A program made the position numbers and the translations under genes. DNA of 24,559 nt from a virus (lineage: Duplodnaviria > Caudoviricetes). The notes beneath the pieces were generated by a model. It was not told where the DNA came from and searched no databases. It was given only the letters and a program-made list of their open reading frames with translations. Position 1 is the stretch's first letter. Every line of letters starts with the position of its first letter. Of this stretch, positions 6,319 to 15,395 are shown piece by piece. The DNA lies in the IMG/VR virus record IMGVR_UViG_3300048852_000012, positions 1-24,559 of that record; one strand, 5' to 3'.

Positions 6319-8562
6319 CTATCCCCCGATCCGGCGGTCGAGGAACACGTCCTCCCAGGTGGCGTACTCGTCGCGAACCGCCTCCCAGCTGGCGAACTCG
6401 GTGAGAATGTCGCGCCATGTGCGGCCTGCACTGCCGCCGACACCGACCGTGGTAGGCATGTCGACCTCGGTCAGCGGGAGACTCCACTCCCGCCACGGCT
6501 CCGTTGCCGGGCCACCGACCCGGCCCTCTGTGATCTGCCCGACGGACACGTACATGTCGGCAACGCCCATGCCCGGGGCGGCCTGCCACAGCAGGACGTG
6601 CCCCGGATCCAGTAGCCAGTGCAGGGCGGCCCGTTCGTCGTCCGTGCGGGTCCAGACGACGAGTTCGCCTTCCAGGCCGCCGCGCACATCCGACAGGACC
6701 ACCGCGTTCCGCCGGCCCGCCACCCGGTAGGCGGCCTGCTCCACCGCCCGCTGCCAGTTCGGTGCTGTCTTGACCAGCACCTTCGTGTTGCGCTGCGGGG
6801 CGCCCGGGTCCTTCAGCCACGCCTCGTTCACATCAGGGTGGGGCACCGTCACCTGGTCGACGGTCCGCGTCTGAACTCCACCGGTCACCGGGTCGAGGAA
6901 CTCCACCCGGTAGGAGACCGGGGTGAGGAGCGGCGCCTCATAGTCCTCGATCACCATCAGGTCGCTGGTCACCGTGACGGAGCCGTCGAGCAGGCCATCC
7001 GGGCCACGGACCAGAGTCCGTCTGCCGTCGTCCGTCACCCGGTACACGGTGATCAGGTCGCCGATGTCCAGCTCTCGCAGGGTGACCGTGATCGACGCCG
7101 ACGCCGCCTGCGGAATCGATGTGATCAGCGGTAGTGCCTGCCACAGGGCCACCCGGTCGAGCTGGATTGTGCTGCTCGTCGTGGTGGCGGTCAGAGTCAG
7201 TTCCACGGCAGCCTGGGTGGCCCCGGCTGGTGCTGTCTGGTCCGACGACAGCAGCCACCAGTTCGGGGCGGGGACGGCTGTGGCAGCTGCGGTTGTCAGC
7301 CCGAGGTCGGTGTGCGCGGCGTCGTACCAGCGGATCCCGCGGGTTGTTGTCCACCCGCCGGCGGTGACGATTTCGCCGAACTGAACCCGGAACCCGAGGC
7401 CGCCGGAACCGGCTGGCAGAGGGAACCGGGCGGAGCGGATCGTGCTTGCCGTGGCGGTCGCCGATGACATCGTCAGCGCATACGACCCGTCCAGCGCGTA
7501 GGTGCCCCACGGTGTGGACCGGGCGATCGTCGCGACTCCGGAGATCTTCGTCCACCCGGCGACACCCTGCTCGAACGAGGCGTCGGCGTAAGGGAGGACC
7601 GTTCCGGCGCGCATCGCCGGGGCCTCCATGACGACGGCCTGCTCTACTCGCAGCACCTGTGCTGCCGTCGCACTGTCCATACCCACCGCAAGACGGCAGG
7701 TGACTGCACCCGCAGGCGCGGGAGCGGATACCCGCTGCCGCTGATACCCCGTACTCGCCGGTGCGAGAGTCGCCCTGGCCACTGATAGCTGTGTGGCCGC
7801 CCCGTCGTAGAACCGGAGTTCCACCCATGCCGACGACCCAGTCGTTGGCGGTGCCAGGTAGCAGTACCCGAGGTACTCGACGCCGGGCGTCACCACCGGG
7901 GTCTCCACCGTTGTCGCCGATACGGTTCCCGAGCCTGTGGCCGTGAGCGTCAGAACCTGCGCGCCCGCCCAGTACCAGTCGGCTGCCCACGAAACCATCG
8001 GGGCCTGGCGGCCAACTGTGGTGTTCGTACCGGCAGTCCACGCCGTGGCGTCGATCTCCGGGCTCTCCGTGTTGAAGGAAAACAGGTTCCCGGTCGTCCG
8101 GAGCGGCACCCCCAGGTACACGTTCTCCCAGGAGTGAGAAACTGCCGCACCTGCCGCCGTCGAAGACAGGACGACCCGCACTCGGGCGGCCCCCGCAGGA
8201 GCCACCCCAGCCACACCGACGCGGTGCCACGACGCGGACGCCGTTGCTGTCGACAGAGACCACAGGATCGCCCCGACTGGGGAGTAGGTGGCGTCCAGCC
8301 ACTCAAGGCCGATCCGCTCCACCTCGGTCGCCGACGACGAGTCCGCGAACACCTGATAGACCTGGCCGGCCGTCACCGAGTAGCCAGTGACGGTTTCGGC
8401 CTGCGTCTCCCCCGCCGCAGTCGACTTCACCACGAGAGTCTTCGGGCCGTTACGCCCACCAGTTCCCGACGTCAAGGAGCAGTTCAGGCGAGGCCGCCAC
8501 CCGGTGTACGTCGGATCCATGCTCTCGGTTGCGGCCGACAGCATGTTGCCGGGGATCGCCAT
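6319..8562 (-). CDS. Distal-tail-type minor tail protein with three N-terminal carbohydrate-binding-like repeats
   Basis: First gene after the tape measure (TAATG overlap). Three similar beta-rich modules, then a C-terminal DYEAP...AWLKDPGAP...WSLPLTEVDMP region. Confidence 0.7.
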   Translation of the reverse strand: MAIPGNMLSAATESMDPTYTGWRPRLNCSLTSGTGGRNGPKTLVVKSTAAGETQAETVTGYSVTAGQVYQVFADSSSATEVERIGLEWLDATYSPVGAILWSLSTATASASWHRVGVAGVAPAGAARVRVVLSSTAAGAAVSHSWENVYLGVPLRTTGNLFSFNTESPEIDATAWTAGTNTTVGRQAPMVSWAADWYWAGAQVLTLTATGSGTVSATTVETPVVTPGVEYLGYCYLAPPTTGSSAWVELRFYDGAATQLSVARATLAPASTGYQRQRVSAPAPAGAVTCRLAVGMDSATAAQVLRVEQAVVMEAPAMRAGTVLPYADASFEQGVAGWTKISGVATIARSTPWGTYALDGSYALTMSSATATASTIRSARFPLPAGSGGLGFRVQFGEIVTAGGWTTTRGIRWYDAAHTDLGLTTAAATAVPAPNWWLLSSDQTAPAGATQAAVELTLTATTTSSTIQLDRVALWQALPLITSIPQAASASITVTLRELDIGDLITVYRVTDDGRRTLVRGPDGLLDGSVTVTSDLMVIEDYEAPLLTPVSYRVEFLDPVTGGVQTRTVDQVTVPHPDVNEAWLKDPGAPQRNTKVLVKTAPNWQRAVEQAAYRVAGRRNAVVLSDVRGGLEGELVVWTRTDDERAALHWLLDPGHVLLWQAAPGMGVADMYVSVGQITEGRVGGPATEPWREWSLPLTEVDMPTTVGVGGSAGRTWRDILTEFASWEAVRDEYATWEDVFLDRRIGG

Positions 8563-11500
8563 TACAGACCACCCCCCGCGTTGAGAACCTGGGTAAGTTG
8601 GCCGAAGCGGCCGTCGACGACCTGTGCGGCCTCTCCCCGAACCCGGCCGAGGAACTCACCGGAGTCGAGGTACAGGTCGCCCTCAAACCGGGACGGGCCA
8701 CCAGCAGTGCCGCGGCTGAGCGCGTTGGCCTGCTGGGTGGTGAACACCGGCTCCGGCCTTCCGGTCCCGTTGTAGGCCAAGTTGAGGCCGGGCTGCAGGT
8801 AGCCGCCCTGGTCGTAGGTGCCCTTGTAGGCGTACTGGTGCGTGAACAGGCTGTCCTTGTAGGACCGGGCCTTGGACCCGATGACGACACCGTCGCCGCC
8901 ACGGCTTTCCACGTTGACGCCGTTGATGGTGCCCGCCACGTGGCCGACACCCGCATTGGTGATGCCGATCAGGTACGGGGACTTCCCGCCCAGTTGCCAG
9001 CCGGGCGGGGCCGTCTTCCCGGAGAAGCTGCCGGTTGCCCAGCGGCGGTGCGGCTTCTGCCCCCGGATGACCGACTCGATCGCGGAGACCAGGCCGGAGC
9101 AGTCCCAGCTGGGGTTGCCGTTGCCACCCCACTGGTACGGGAGGCCGTTCTGGGTGCGCGCCCACTTCAGCCCGGCCTTGAACCCTCCGCCGCCGATCCC
9201 TGCGGCTTCCATCTTGCCGTCGGCCTTGCCGCCGAAGTCCAGGATGGAGCTGATCATCTTCTTCGGGACGCCGGAGATCATGTCCCTGTAGAGCGACTTC
9301 GACCCGGCGATCTTGGCCAGCAGCGGCTTGACGACCTTGTTCAGCCCTGCCTGCGCACTCGCCTTGACCCCGTCCTTCAGCCAGGACACACCAGTCTTCG
9401 CCAGGTCGACGGTCTTGCCTGCCGCCTTACCGACCCAGTCGAAGATCCCGCCCTTCGCGAACCCCTGGTAGGGGGTAAGGGGCTTGCCCTGCATCGCGGC
9501 CTGGTTGACCGCATGCAGACGGGCCCGCTCGTAGGGGTTCTTCATCGCTTCCGACACGTACACGCCCTCGCCGCGGCGCATCGGCACGAGTTGGTCGTCG
9601 CCCTGCCGGTAGGTCGACTGGCCGGGCAAGATGCCACCGCGAGCAAACCCGGTGAACTTGTCCAGCTTCGGCGCCCCAAAGGCTCCGGCGACGGCGTTCC
9701 AGACGCCCCGGATTCCCTTGTTGTAGACCTGGTCGATAATGAACGTGACCGGCTTCTTTGCGATCCCGGCCAGCTTCGACCACTGCTCGTCGATGTAGTT
9801 CTTCGTGCTGCGGAAGGAGTCACCGATCGTCCTGAGCCCCTTCTTGATCAGCTCGAACTGGGGCTTCAACGCCGTGTTCCACAGCCACTTGCCTCTGTCG
9901 CCGATCCACCCGAATACCGGGCTGATGACGTTCTTCCACAGAGACCGGGCACCTTCGCCGACAGCCTTCATGTCAGCCTTAACTGCGCCGAACGCAGGCT
10001 TGACCGCGTTGTTCCACAGCCATCTCGCCTTGTCGCCGATCCACCCGAACACGGGTGACAGGACGTTCTTCCACAGCCAGGTGGCGTCCTTCGCGACCTG
10101 CTTGAACGCAGGCCCGAAGGCGTACTTCCAAAGCCACCCGGCAATGGCCCCGAGCACCTTGATGGCGGCAACGATCGGCAGGATCACCGACACCACCACA
10201 ATGGTGAACAGGATCTTCGCCGCAGTCCAGATGAATTTGAACGCGGGCCCGAGGGCGTTCTCCCACAGCCACATGGCCCACCGGCCGATGGTCTGCAGGC
10301 CAGCCCAGATCGCGGAGAACGTGGGCTTCAGGATGTTGTTCCACGCCCACAGTGCCGCAGTCTGGATGCCAGACCATGCGGCGTTGACGATGTTCCGGAA
10401 CGTCTCGAAGTTCTTGTACGCGTACACAACGGCGGCGACCAGTGCCACGATCGCAATGATGATCAGGGTGATGGGGTTCGCGGCCAAGACCAAGTTGAAC
10501 GCGATCATCGCCAGGGTCCACAGCTTCGTTACGACCCACACCGCGTAGAACAGCTGGATCAGCCACGGCAGCTCGCGGGCAATCTCCGCGATAGCGCTAG
10601 CCACAGCACCCAGGGCTTTCAGGACCGGGCCGGACAGCGGGGACACGGCCTTTGCCATCTGGTAGAAGGCGCTGCTGATGTCACCGACTGCCTTCGCCAG
10701 CACCGGGCCCATCCGGGACGAGTAGGCAAGGAACCCCTCGAACTTCTCCGAACCCTTCAGGCTCGTGCCCCACGTCGCGAAGCGGCCTGTGATCTCCTGC
10801 ATCCGGCGGGAGATCGAGTCCATGTGTGGCAGGAACGCCTGGACGATGCCGCCCATCCCCTTGAAGATCCGTCCGAAGGAAACACCCAGGCCGACGATCG
10901 CGGGCTCCACAGAGCCCGCCAGGTCCGCCTTGAACTCCTGCCACCACGGAGACTTGAAGCCGGCCGACACCCGGTCCTGCAGCTCCCCGATCGCGCGAGC
11001 AGCAGCAAGAACGAACGGTGTCAGGCCGGGCAGGCTGTTCTTCAACCCGATCAGCGCCCGAGTGAACAGCGGCATCACCTGCGGCTGCAACGACTTCGAC
11101 CATGACGTGAACGCCGTCCGCAGCGAAGTGAACGCGTCGAACGTCCCCCGCGCCGCTGGCGTCAGCTTCGCCAGCTCGGCCTGGTACTTGGCCTGCGCGA
11201 CGGCAGCCTGATCCACTCCCCCGGCCGCAGACTGTGCGGCGGAGGCAACCTGACGCTGAGCTGACGCCACCGACTCCGCGGCGGACTGCTGGGCGGCGGC
11301 GAGGGATTCCTGGGCGCGCTGAACCGACCGCGCACCGTCCGCCTGTGTTGTGGCGACGGTGCGCTGCGACTCGGCGACCTTCTCCTGGGCCTCCGCAAGA
11401 TCCTGCTGAGACCTGATGTTCTGCCGGGCCGCATCATCGCGGGCCTTCGCCAGGGCCTTTCCCTGGTCGGCGACGTCCTTCTCCGCGGCGGCGATGCGTT

Positions 11501-12998
11501 CCTGGGCGGTTCGCACCGTGTCCGAACCCTCGACACCGGCCTTGTCGGCCTTCCGCTTTTCGGCGGACAGGGCCTTCGTCTCGGCCTTCTGTTCCTTGAG
11601 TCGCTGTGTCGCCTGGTCGTAGGCCAGCTGGGCGCGCTGCTGCTCCACCAGCGTGGCCTTCGACCCGGCAGCCGACACCGCATCCAGCCGAGCGCGCGCC
11701 TCCTGCACATCGAGGACGGCATCCCGCTCCGACAACTGGGCGTTCACCACCCGGTCAGCAAGCTCGGTGAGTTGCTGGGCGGCGTCCCGGCGGACCTGCG
11801 TCAGATCCTGCTGTGCCTGCCGGGCGGTGCGCTGAGCATCCGCCAACGAGTCCTCGGCCCGCGCCACCGACTCAGCCGAGTCCCGCTGACGGTCCGCAGC
11901 CTGCTGCACCGCGTCAGCCAGCGACTGCTGGGCCTGCTTGACCTGCTGGGCTGCCCGCCGGTTCGCCTCCGACGCCGACCGGACAGCGTCCTCGACACCC
12001 TGCTGCGCCTGTGCGATCTGCCGGGCAGCGTTCCGGTGCGCGGACGCCAGAGCCTGCTGCGCCCCGGCCATCTGCAGAGCCTTCGACGTGCCCTGACCGG
12101 ACGCCTGGGCGCCCTTGATCGTGGCGGCCGACGCCGCGTCCTGGGCAGCCTTCTGAGCCTGGAGAACCCCGGCAATGCTGATGATCGCCGGGACCGCCAC
12201 CGCGGCCAGGGCACCGACACCGACGCCAGCGGCGACCGCGGCAGAACCAATCGCACCGATGCCCGCGGCGAGCACCGGGATCGCAGGGATGAGGGCCAGG
12301 CCGCCGATCGCGACCGCCAGGTGCAGAATCGCTCCCACGGCGCCGGTGGTGTTCACGTTGACCCTGGCCGTTTTGCCGTCGACAGCAGCGATCTGCGCGC
12401 GTACAGCGGTCAGCTCGGCGATAGCCCGCGCCGTGTCGGCCCGCACCTGCACGTTCGGGTGCTTAGCCCCCAGCCTGGTGAGCTCGGCCTCGATCAACTT
12501 GATCTCGGCCTTCGCGGCAGCAGCATCGATATCGATGCCGATCCGCTTATTCGCGAGGGTCTCCATGCGGACACGAAGAGCCTGCAGATCAGCGTCCGCC
12601 TCGGACGTGTTCGCATCGATCGTGATCTTCGGGAGAGAGCGGAACGCCGCCTCCAGCCGCGTCTTCAACGCCCGGGAGAAAGCTCCACCAGTCTCATCGC
12701 CCTGCCGGACCGCCGACGCACGTGCCGCCGCACCGCCCTGGGTCACGCCCTGCCGCAGGGCGCCACGAATCTCCGCCGTGATCCGGGAAGCGATCTGCTG
12801 GCCGATCTGCTGACCAATCCGCAGGCCGATGTCACCGACCTGCGCCTGCATCGCAGGCCCGAACGACCGGCCCGCTGCGCTGCCTGCGTCCTCGCCGGCC
12901 CGCGTCGCAGCGGGTACCAGGGCTCGCTGGAGTTGCTGGTAGATGCCCCGGGTGTTCGGTATGACGTCGACTTCGACCGAGCCCACGCTGATCGCCAC
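8562..12998 (-). CDS. Tape measure protein with a C-terminal NlpC/P60-like peptidoglycan hydrolase motif
   Basis: 1478 aa, GTG start with SD GGAGGAGG, directly after the chaperones. Ala/Gln-rich coiled coils, hydrophobic segments, Trp-periodic repeats (WLWKNVLSPVFGWIGD), and YQWGG..WDCSGL..GHVA. Confidence 0.93.
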   Translation of the reverse strand: MAISVGSVEVDVIPNTRGIYQQLQRALVPAATRAGEDAGSAAGRSFGPAMQAQVGDIGLRIGQQIGQQIASRITAEIRGALRQGVTQGGAAARASAVRQGDETGGAFSRALKTRLEAAFRSLPKITIDANTSEADADLQALRVRMETLANKRIGIDIDAAAAKAEIKLIEAELTRLGAKHPNVQVRADTARAIAELTAVRAQIAAVDGKTARVNVNTTGAVGAILHLAVAIGGLALIPAIPVLAAGIGAIGSAAVAAGVGVGALAAVAVPAIISIAGVLQAQKAAQDAASAATIKGAQASGQGTSKALQMAGAQQALASAHRNAARQIAQAQQGVEDAVRSASEANRRAAQQVKQAQQSLADAVQQAADRQRDSAESVARAEDSLADAQRTARQAQQDLTQVRRDAAQQLTELADRVVNAQLSERDAVLDVQEARARLDAVSAAGSKATLVEQQRAQLAYDQATQRLKEQKAETKALSAEKRKADKAGVEGSDTVRTAQERIAAAEKDVADQGKALAKARDDAARQNIRSQQDLAEAQEKVAESQRTVATTQADGARSVQRAQESLAAAQQSAAESVASAQRQVASAAQSAAGGVDQAAVAQAKYQAELAKLTPAARGTFDAFTSLRTAFTSWSKSLQPQVMPLFTRALIGLKNSLPGLTPFVLAAARAIGELQDRVSAGFKSPWWQEFKADLAGSVEPAIVGLGVSFGRIFKGMGGIVQAFLPHMDSISRRMQEITGRFATWGTSLKGSEKFEGFLAYSSRMGPVLAKAVGDISSAFYQMAKAVSPLSGPVLKALGAVASAIAEIARELPWLIQLFYAVWVVTKLWTLAMIAFNLVLAANPITLIIIAIVALVAAVVYAYKNFETFRNIVNAAWSGIQTAALWAWNNILKPTFSAIWAGLQTIGRWAMWLWENALGPAFKFIWTAAKILFTIVVVSVILPIVAAIKVLGAIAGWLWKYAFGPAFKQVAKDATWLWKNVLSPVFGWIGDKARWLWNNAVKPAFGAVKADMKAVGEGARSLWKNVISPVFGWIGDRGKWLWNTALKPQFELIKKGLRTIGDSFRSTKNYIDEQWSKLAGIAKKPVTFIIDQVYNKGIRGVWNAVAGAFGAPKLDKFTGFARGGILPGQSTYRQGDDQLVPMRRGEGVYVSEAMKNPYERARLHAVNQAAMQGKPLTPYQGFAKGGIFDWVGKAAGKTVDLAKTGVSWLKDGVKASAQAGLNKVVKPLLAKIAGSKSLYRDMISGVPKKMISSILDFGGKADGKMEAAGIGGGGFKAGLKWARTQNGLPYQWGGNGNPSWDCSGLVSAIESVIRGQKPHRRWATGSFSGKTAPPGWQLGGKSPYLIGITNAGVGHVAGTINGVNVESRGGDGVVIGSKARSYKDSLFTHQYAYKGTYDQGGYLQPGLNLAYNGTGRPEPVFTTQQANALSRGTAGGPSRFEGDLYLDSGEFLGRVRGEAAQVVDGRFGQLTQVLNAGGGL

Positions 12999-13017
12999 GG
13001 GAGCCTCCTCCCGCGCG

Positions 13018-13494
13018 TCAGGCCGCGCTGTCCGGATTGAGCATCTTGAACAGGAAGTCGGCGTGCTGATCCGTCAGCTGCTCACGCTTCTTCGGAACAC
13101 CAGCACCAACCCCAGGCCGACGCATCGGCTCCGGCCTCGTCGGCTTACGACCCTTGCCGTCCGAGTTCGCGACCACGGTGATGTACTGCAGCTCCCGCAC
13201 CGCGTCCGTCAGACCAGCGAGAAGCTGCTCCAACATCGACCAGCGGGCCTCTTCGGGCTTCCCATTGCGGGCCTGCTCCTCGTACTCCTCCGGAGTTAGA
13301 GCGTTCCGCAAGGCCGTCATCGTGGCCGACTCCGGTGGCAGTCTCTGGATCAGAACCCTGAGCCGGCGGGCCGACATCTCGCCCCGCCGATATGCGTCGA
13401 TCTGGTCCTCGGAGCGGCTGCAGTACCAGGCGAGGTCGCCCTCTACCTCTTCCGGGTGCGCCGCGACGACGTCCCGGACCCACTGGACTTTCCC
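13018..13494 (-). CDS. Tail assembly chaperone, post-frameshift part (lambda gpT analogue)
   Basis: The -1 frame continues ...GKVQWVRDVVAAHPEEVEGDL... from the slippery site to the stop at 13018, just upstream of the tape measure. Confidence 0.8.
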   Translation of the reverse strand, partial: GKVQWVRDVVAAHPEEVEGDLAWYCSRSEDQIDAYRRGEMSARRLRVLIQRLPPESATMTALRNALTPEEYEEQARNGKPEEARWSMLEQLLAGLTDAVRELQYITVVANSDGKGRKPTRPEPMRRPGVGAGVPKKREQLTDQHADFLFKMLNPDSAA

Positions 13495-13880
13495 GGGTTC
13501 TCCCCGGTCAGCCTCACGACTTCGGTCGCGAAGGTCTCGACCTCTCCTGCCTCGGGGTCGAGGTCGAGGTAGACCTCGTAGTCGTCCTCGAACAGGACGG
13601 ACTTCATGAAGGTGTCGAAGTCCCCGCGGTTGAGCGCACGCATCGCGGATGCCCGCCACTTCGAGGAGAGGAGAACCTGAACGTCCTCGACCTCCTCGTT
13701 GGCACCCTGCATGGGAACGGTGATGTAGCCGTCGGAGGTAACGGCGTCCGCCTCGATCTCCTGCGCTTCGGCAGCATCGAACTCGTCGGCGTCCTCCCGT
13801 ACCGCAGGGGCGATTTCGCGCGGTGTGCGGGCAGGGCGGGGGGCGGTCTTTCGGGCGGTGGTGCGGCTGTTCGCGGCCAT
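13443..13880 (-). CDS. Tail assembly chaperone (lambda gpG analogue)
   Basis: Start re-called at ATG 13880 (MAANSRTTARK, SD GAGGAGG). Acidic protein between the tail tube and tape measure genes, containing the slippery site. Confidence 0.85.
   Translation of the reverse strand: MAANSRTTARKTAPRPARTPREIAPAVREDADEFDAAEAQEIEADAVTSDGYITVPMQGANEEVEDVQVLLSSKWRASAMRALNRGDFDTFMKSVLFEDDYEVYLDLDPEAGEVETFATEVVRLTGENPGKSSGSGTSSRRTRKR
13488..13494 (-). other. Programmed -1 ribosomal frameshift site GGGAAAG
   Basis: CCG GGA AAG (P-G-K) near the end of the chaperone ORF. Same heptamer as the lambda G/T site, and the -1 frame is open. Confidence 0.85.
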
Positions 13881-13914
13881 GGGCGCGGGCCTCCTCAAAT
13901 CGTGGCGCGGGCAG

Positions 13915-13969
13915 AAGAATGAAGGGTGGGCGGGTCGGGCCCGCGCCAGCAGAAGTGACCCGCCCACCC
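13915..13969 (-). terminator. Hairpin/attenuator after the major tail gene
   Basis: 13-bp perfect stem GGGTGGGCGGGTC / GACCCGCCCACCC, 20-nt loop, followed by TTCATTCTT. Confidence 0.65.
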
Positions 13970-13972
13970 AGC

Positions 13973-14560
13973 TCAGGAGCCCGTGTACTCAGGGGTAACG
14001 GGGATCTTGTCGACGTGGTAGACCGTGTTACCGGCCGCGTCCGGGTACGTGGTGATCGTCCACTCGAAGCCGCTCATTTCGTCTTGCTTGAACGTGACGT
14101 CCGACCTGTCGTTGATCTCGCCCTCAGGGATGTAGAACCCCTTGTAGGCGCCGCCGTCGATCACCAGAAACCAGAACGCGCGGCGGTCCGGCACCGGGCT
14201 GGCCGTGTCGGCGTACTTCGTGATGCCGTCCACGTCCGGCTCGAACGCCGCCGCAGCCAGTCGGTTCTGGAGGCTCATGACGGAGACCCGGTTCGTCTCC
14301 CACACGGTCAGCCCGAATGTGCGGATCGACTGGGTGATCTGAGTGCGGAACGGCGACGTGAGACCCCACGGGGTGAACGTCTGCGAGTCTTCGTCGAACC
14401 CGTAGGTCAGGCCGTCATCACTGATGGCCCCCAGCGGCTCCCACGGAGCCACCGGCTGGTCGAGCGGCGAAGCGAGAGCAGAGGTGCCCACAGGCGCCAC
14501 CCATCCCCCGCCATTTGCACCAACGAGCGCCAGGTCAGCGGCGCGGGTGATCAGGACCAT
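13973..14560 (-). CDS. Major tail (tube) protein
   Basis: Start re-called at ATG 14560 (MVLITRAADLALVGANGGGWVAPVGT). Motifs WEPLGAISDDGL, TFGLTVWET, GFEWTITTYPD, and position before the chaperones. Confidence 0.9.
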   Translation of the reverse strand: MVLITRAADLALVGANGGGWVAPVGTSALASPLDQPVAPWEPLGAISDDGLTYGFDEDSQTFTPWGLTSPFRTQITQSIRTFGLTVWETNRVSVMSLQNRLAAAAFEPDVDGITKYADTASPVPDRRAFWFLVIDGGAYKGFYIPEGEINDRSDVTFKQDEMSGFEWTITTYPDAAGNTVYHVDKIPVTPEYTGS

Positions 14561-14633
14561 GATGAGTCTCCAGACATGGAAGAGCCCGCGCACGGGCGGG
14601 ACAGAAGGGCGCGGCGCGGGCCCAAAGAGACGG

Positions 14634-15035
14634 TCAGGAGACCGGGTGCGAGTAGATCTCGTAGGTAGCCCCGGCACGCCGGAGTCCTGTGTTTTCGTAG
14701 GGGCGAATCGCAGGCGGCGGAGACGACCTGACACGCCCGTACTGGGCGCGCGACGTAACCGACCCTCGCAGCTGAGTCAGCAGCCAACCCCGCACGAGCT
14801 TGGCCAGGTCGAGCGCCTCTCCCCTGGTGGCTGCGTAGACGTCGACATCGACGAGCGCCCGGTCTACCCGAAACCCGTCATCGCTGCCAGCAGGAAGGCG
14901 CTGCACCTGGATAGTCGGCAGCTCCTTCAAAAGGTCGTTGTCGACCTCGTCACGGACCACCACGTCCGGCCCGGCCTTCGCCTGCAACCACTCAATGAGG
15001 TCGAGCTCGATGTCGACGGAACCGACGTCGGCCAC
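14634..15035 (-). CDS. Tail terminator / tail completion protein
   Basis: GTG start overlapping the upstream stop (TAGTG). ADVGSVDIELDLIEWL...LPTIQVQR..G..D...DRALVDVDVYA. Precedes the tail tube gene. Confidence 0.75.
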   Translation of the reverse strand: MADVGSVDIELDLIEWLQAKAGPDVVVRDEVDNDLLKELPTIQVQRLPAGSDDGFRVDRALVDVDVYAATRGEALDLAKLVRGWLLTQLRGSVTSRAQYGRVRSSPPPAIRPYENTGLRRAGATYEIYSHPVS

Positions 15036-15364
15036 TAGTGACCACCGCCAGCCTGAGCAGCCCGCAGCAGCACATGATGGGCCGGAACCCGCTCGGTGCC
15101 GTACTCCACCCACCGGGCGTAGTACGCCGTGTTCGTCACCGTCGCCGTCGCCCGGTCCTTACGGCGGCCACCACGAGTCGTGGTCGTCACCGTGAACGAC
15201 GACTTGTACCGGCCGGGGTGCGGATCCGACGGACCGCCGACCGGGGCGATAGCGATGGCCGCGTCCTCGATTGCCTCGGCGCGACCCAGCATGTCCGCCT
15301 GGATCATGCGGCTTCGCAGAAGCTGTCCGACACCCTTCTTGGACATCTTGAAACGGGCGGGCAT
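15035..15364 (-). CDS. HK97 gp10-like neck/tail completion protein
   Basis: Start re-called (MPARFKMSKKGVGQLL, SD GAGGTGG). Motifs AP..D...GRYKSS and YARWVEYGT....AHHVLLRA. Confidence 0.8.
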   Translation of the reverse strand: MPARFKMSKKGVGQLLRSRMIQADMLGRAEAIEDAAIAIAPVGGPSDPHPGRYKSSFTVTTTTRGGRRKDRATATVTNTAYYARWVEYGTERVPAHHVLLRAAQAGGGH

Positions 15365-15395
15365 CATGACCACCTCGACTCGCACAGGGGGCAGC

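Noticed and set aside
9860-10400. Recurring ttccacagcca / tcgccgatccacccgaa sequences
   Set aside because: These encode the Trp-periodic repeats of the tape measure protein and are not an independent DNA repeat element.
8529-13040. Long plus-strand ORFs such as 8529..10058 and 11772..13040 (also 3197..4198, 15038..16288, 17637..18806)
   Set aside because: Antisense shadows of real genes, expected in high-GC DNA with few stop codons. The translations show no family motifs.
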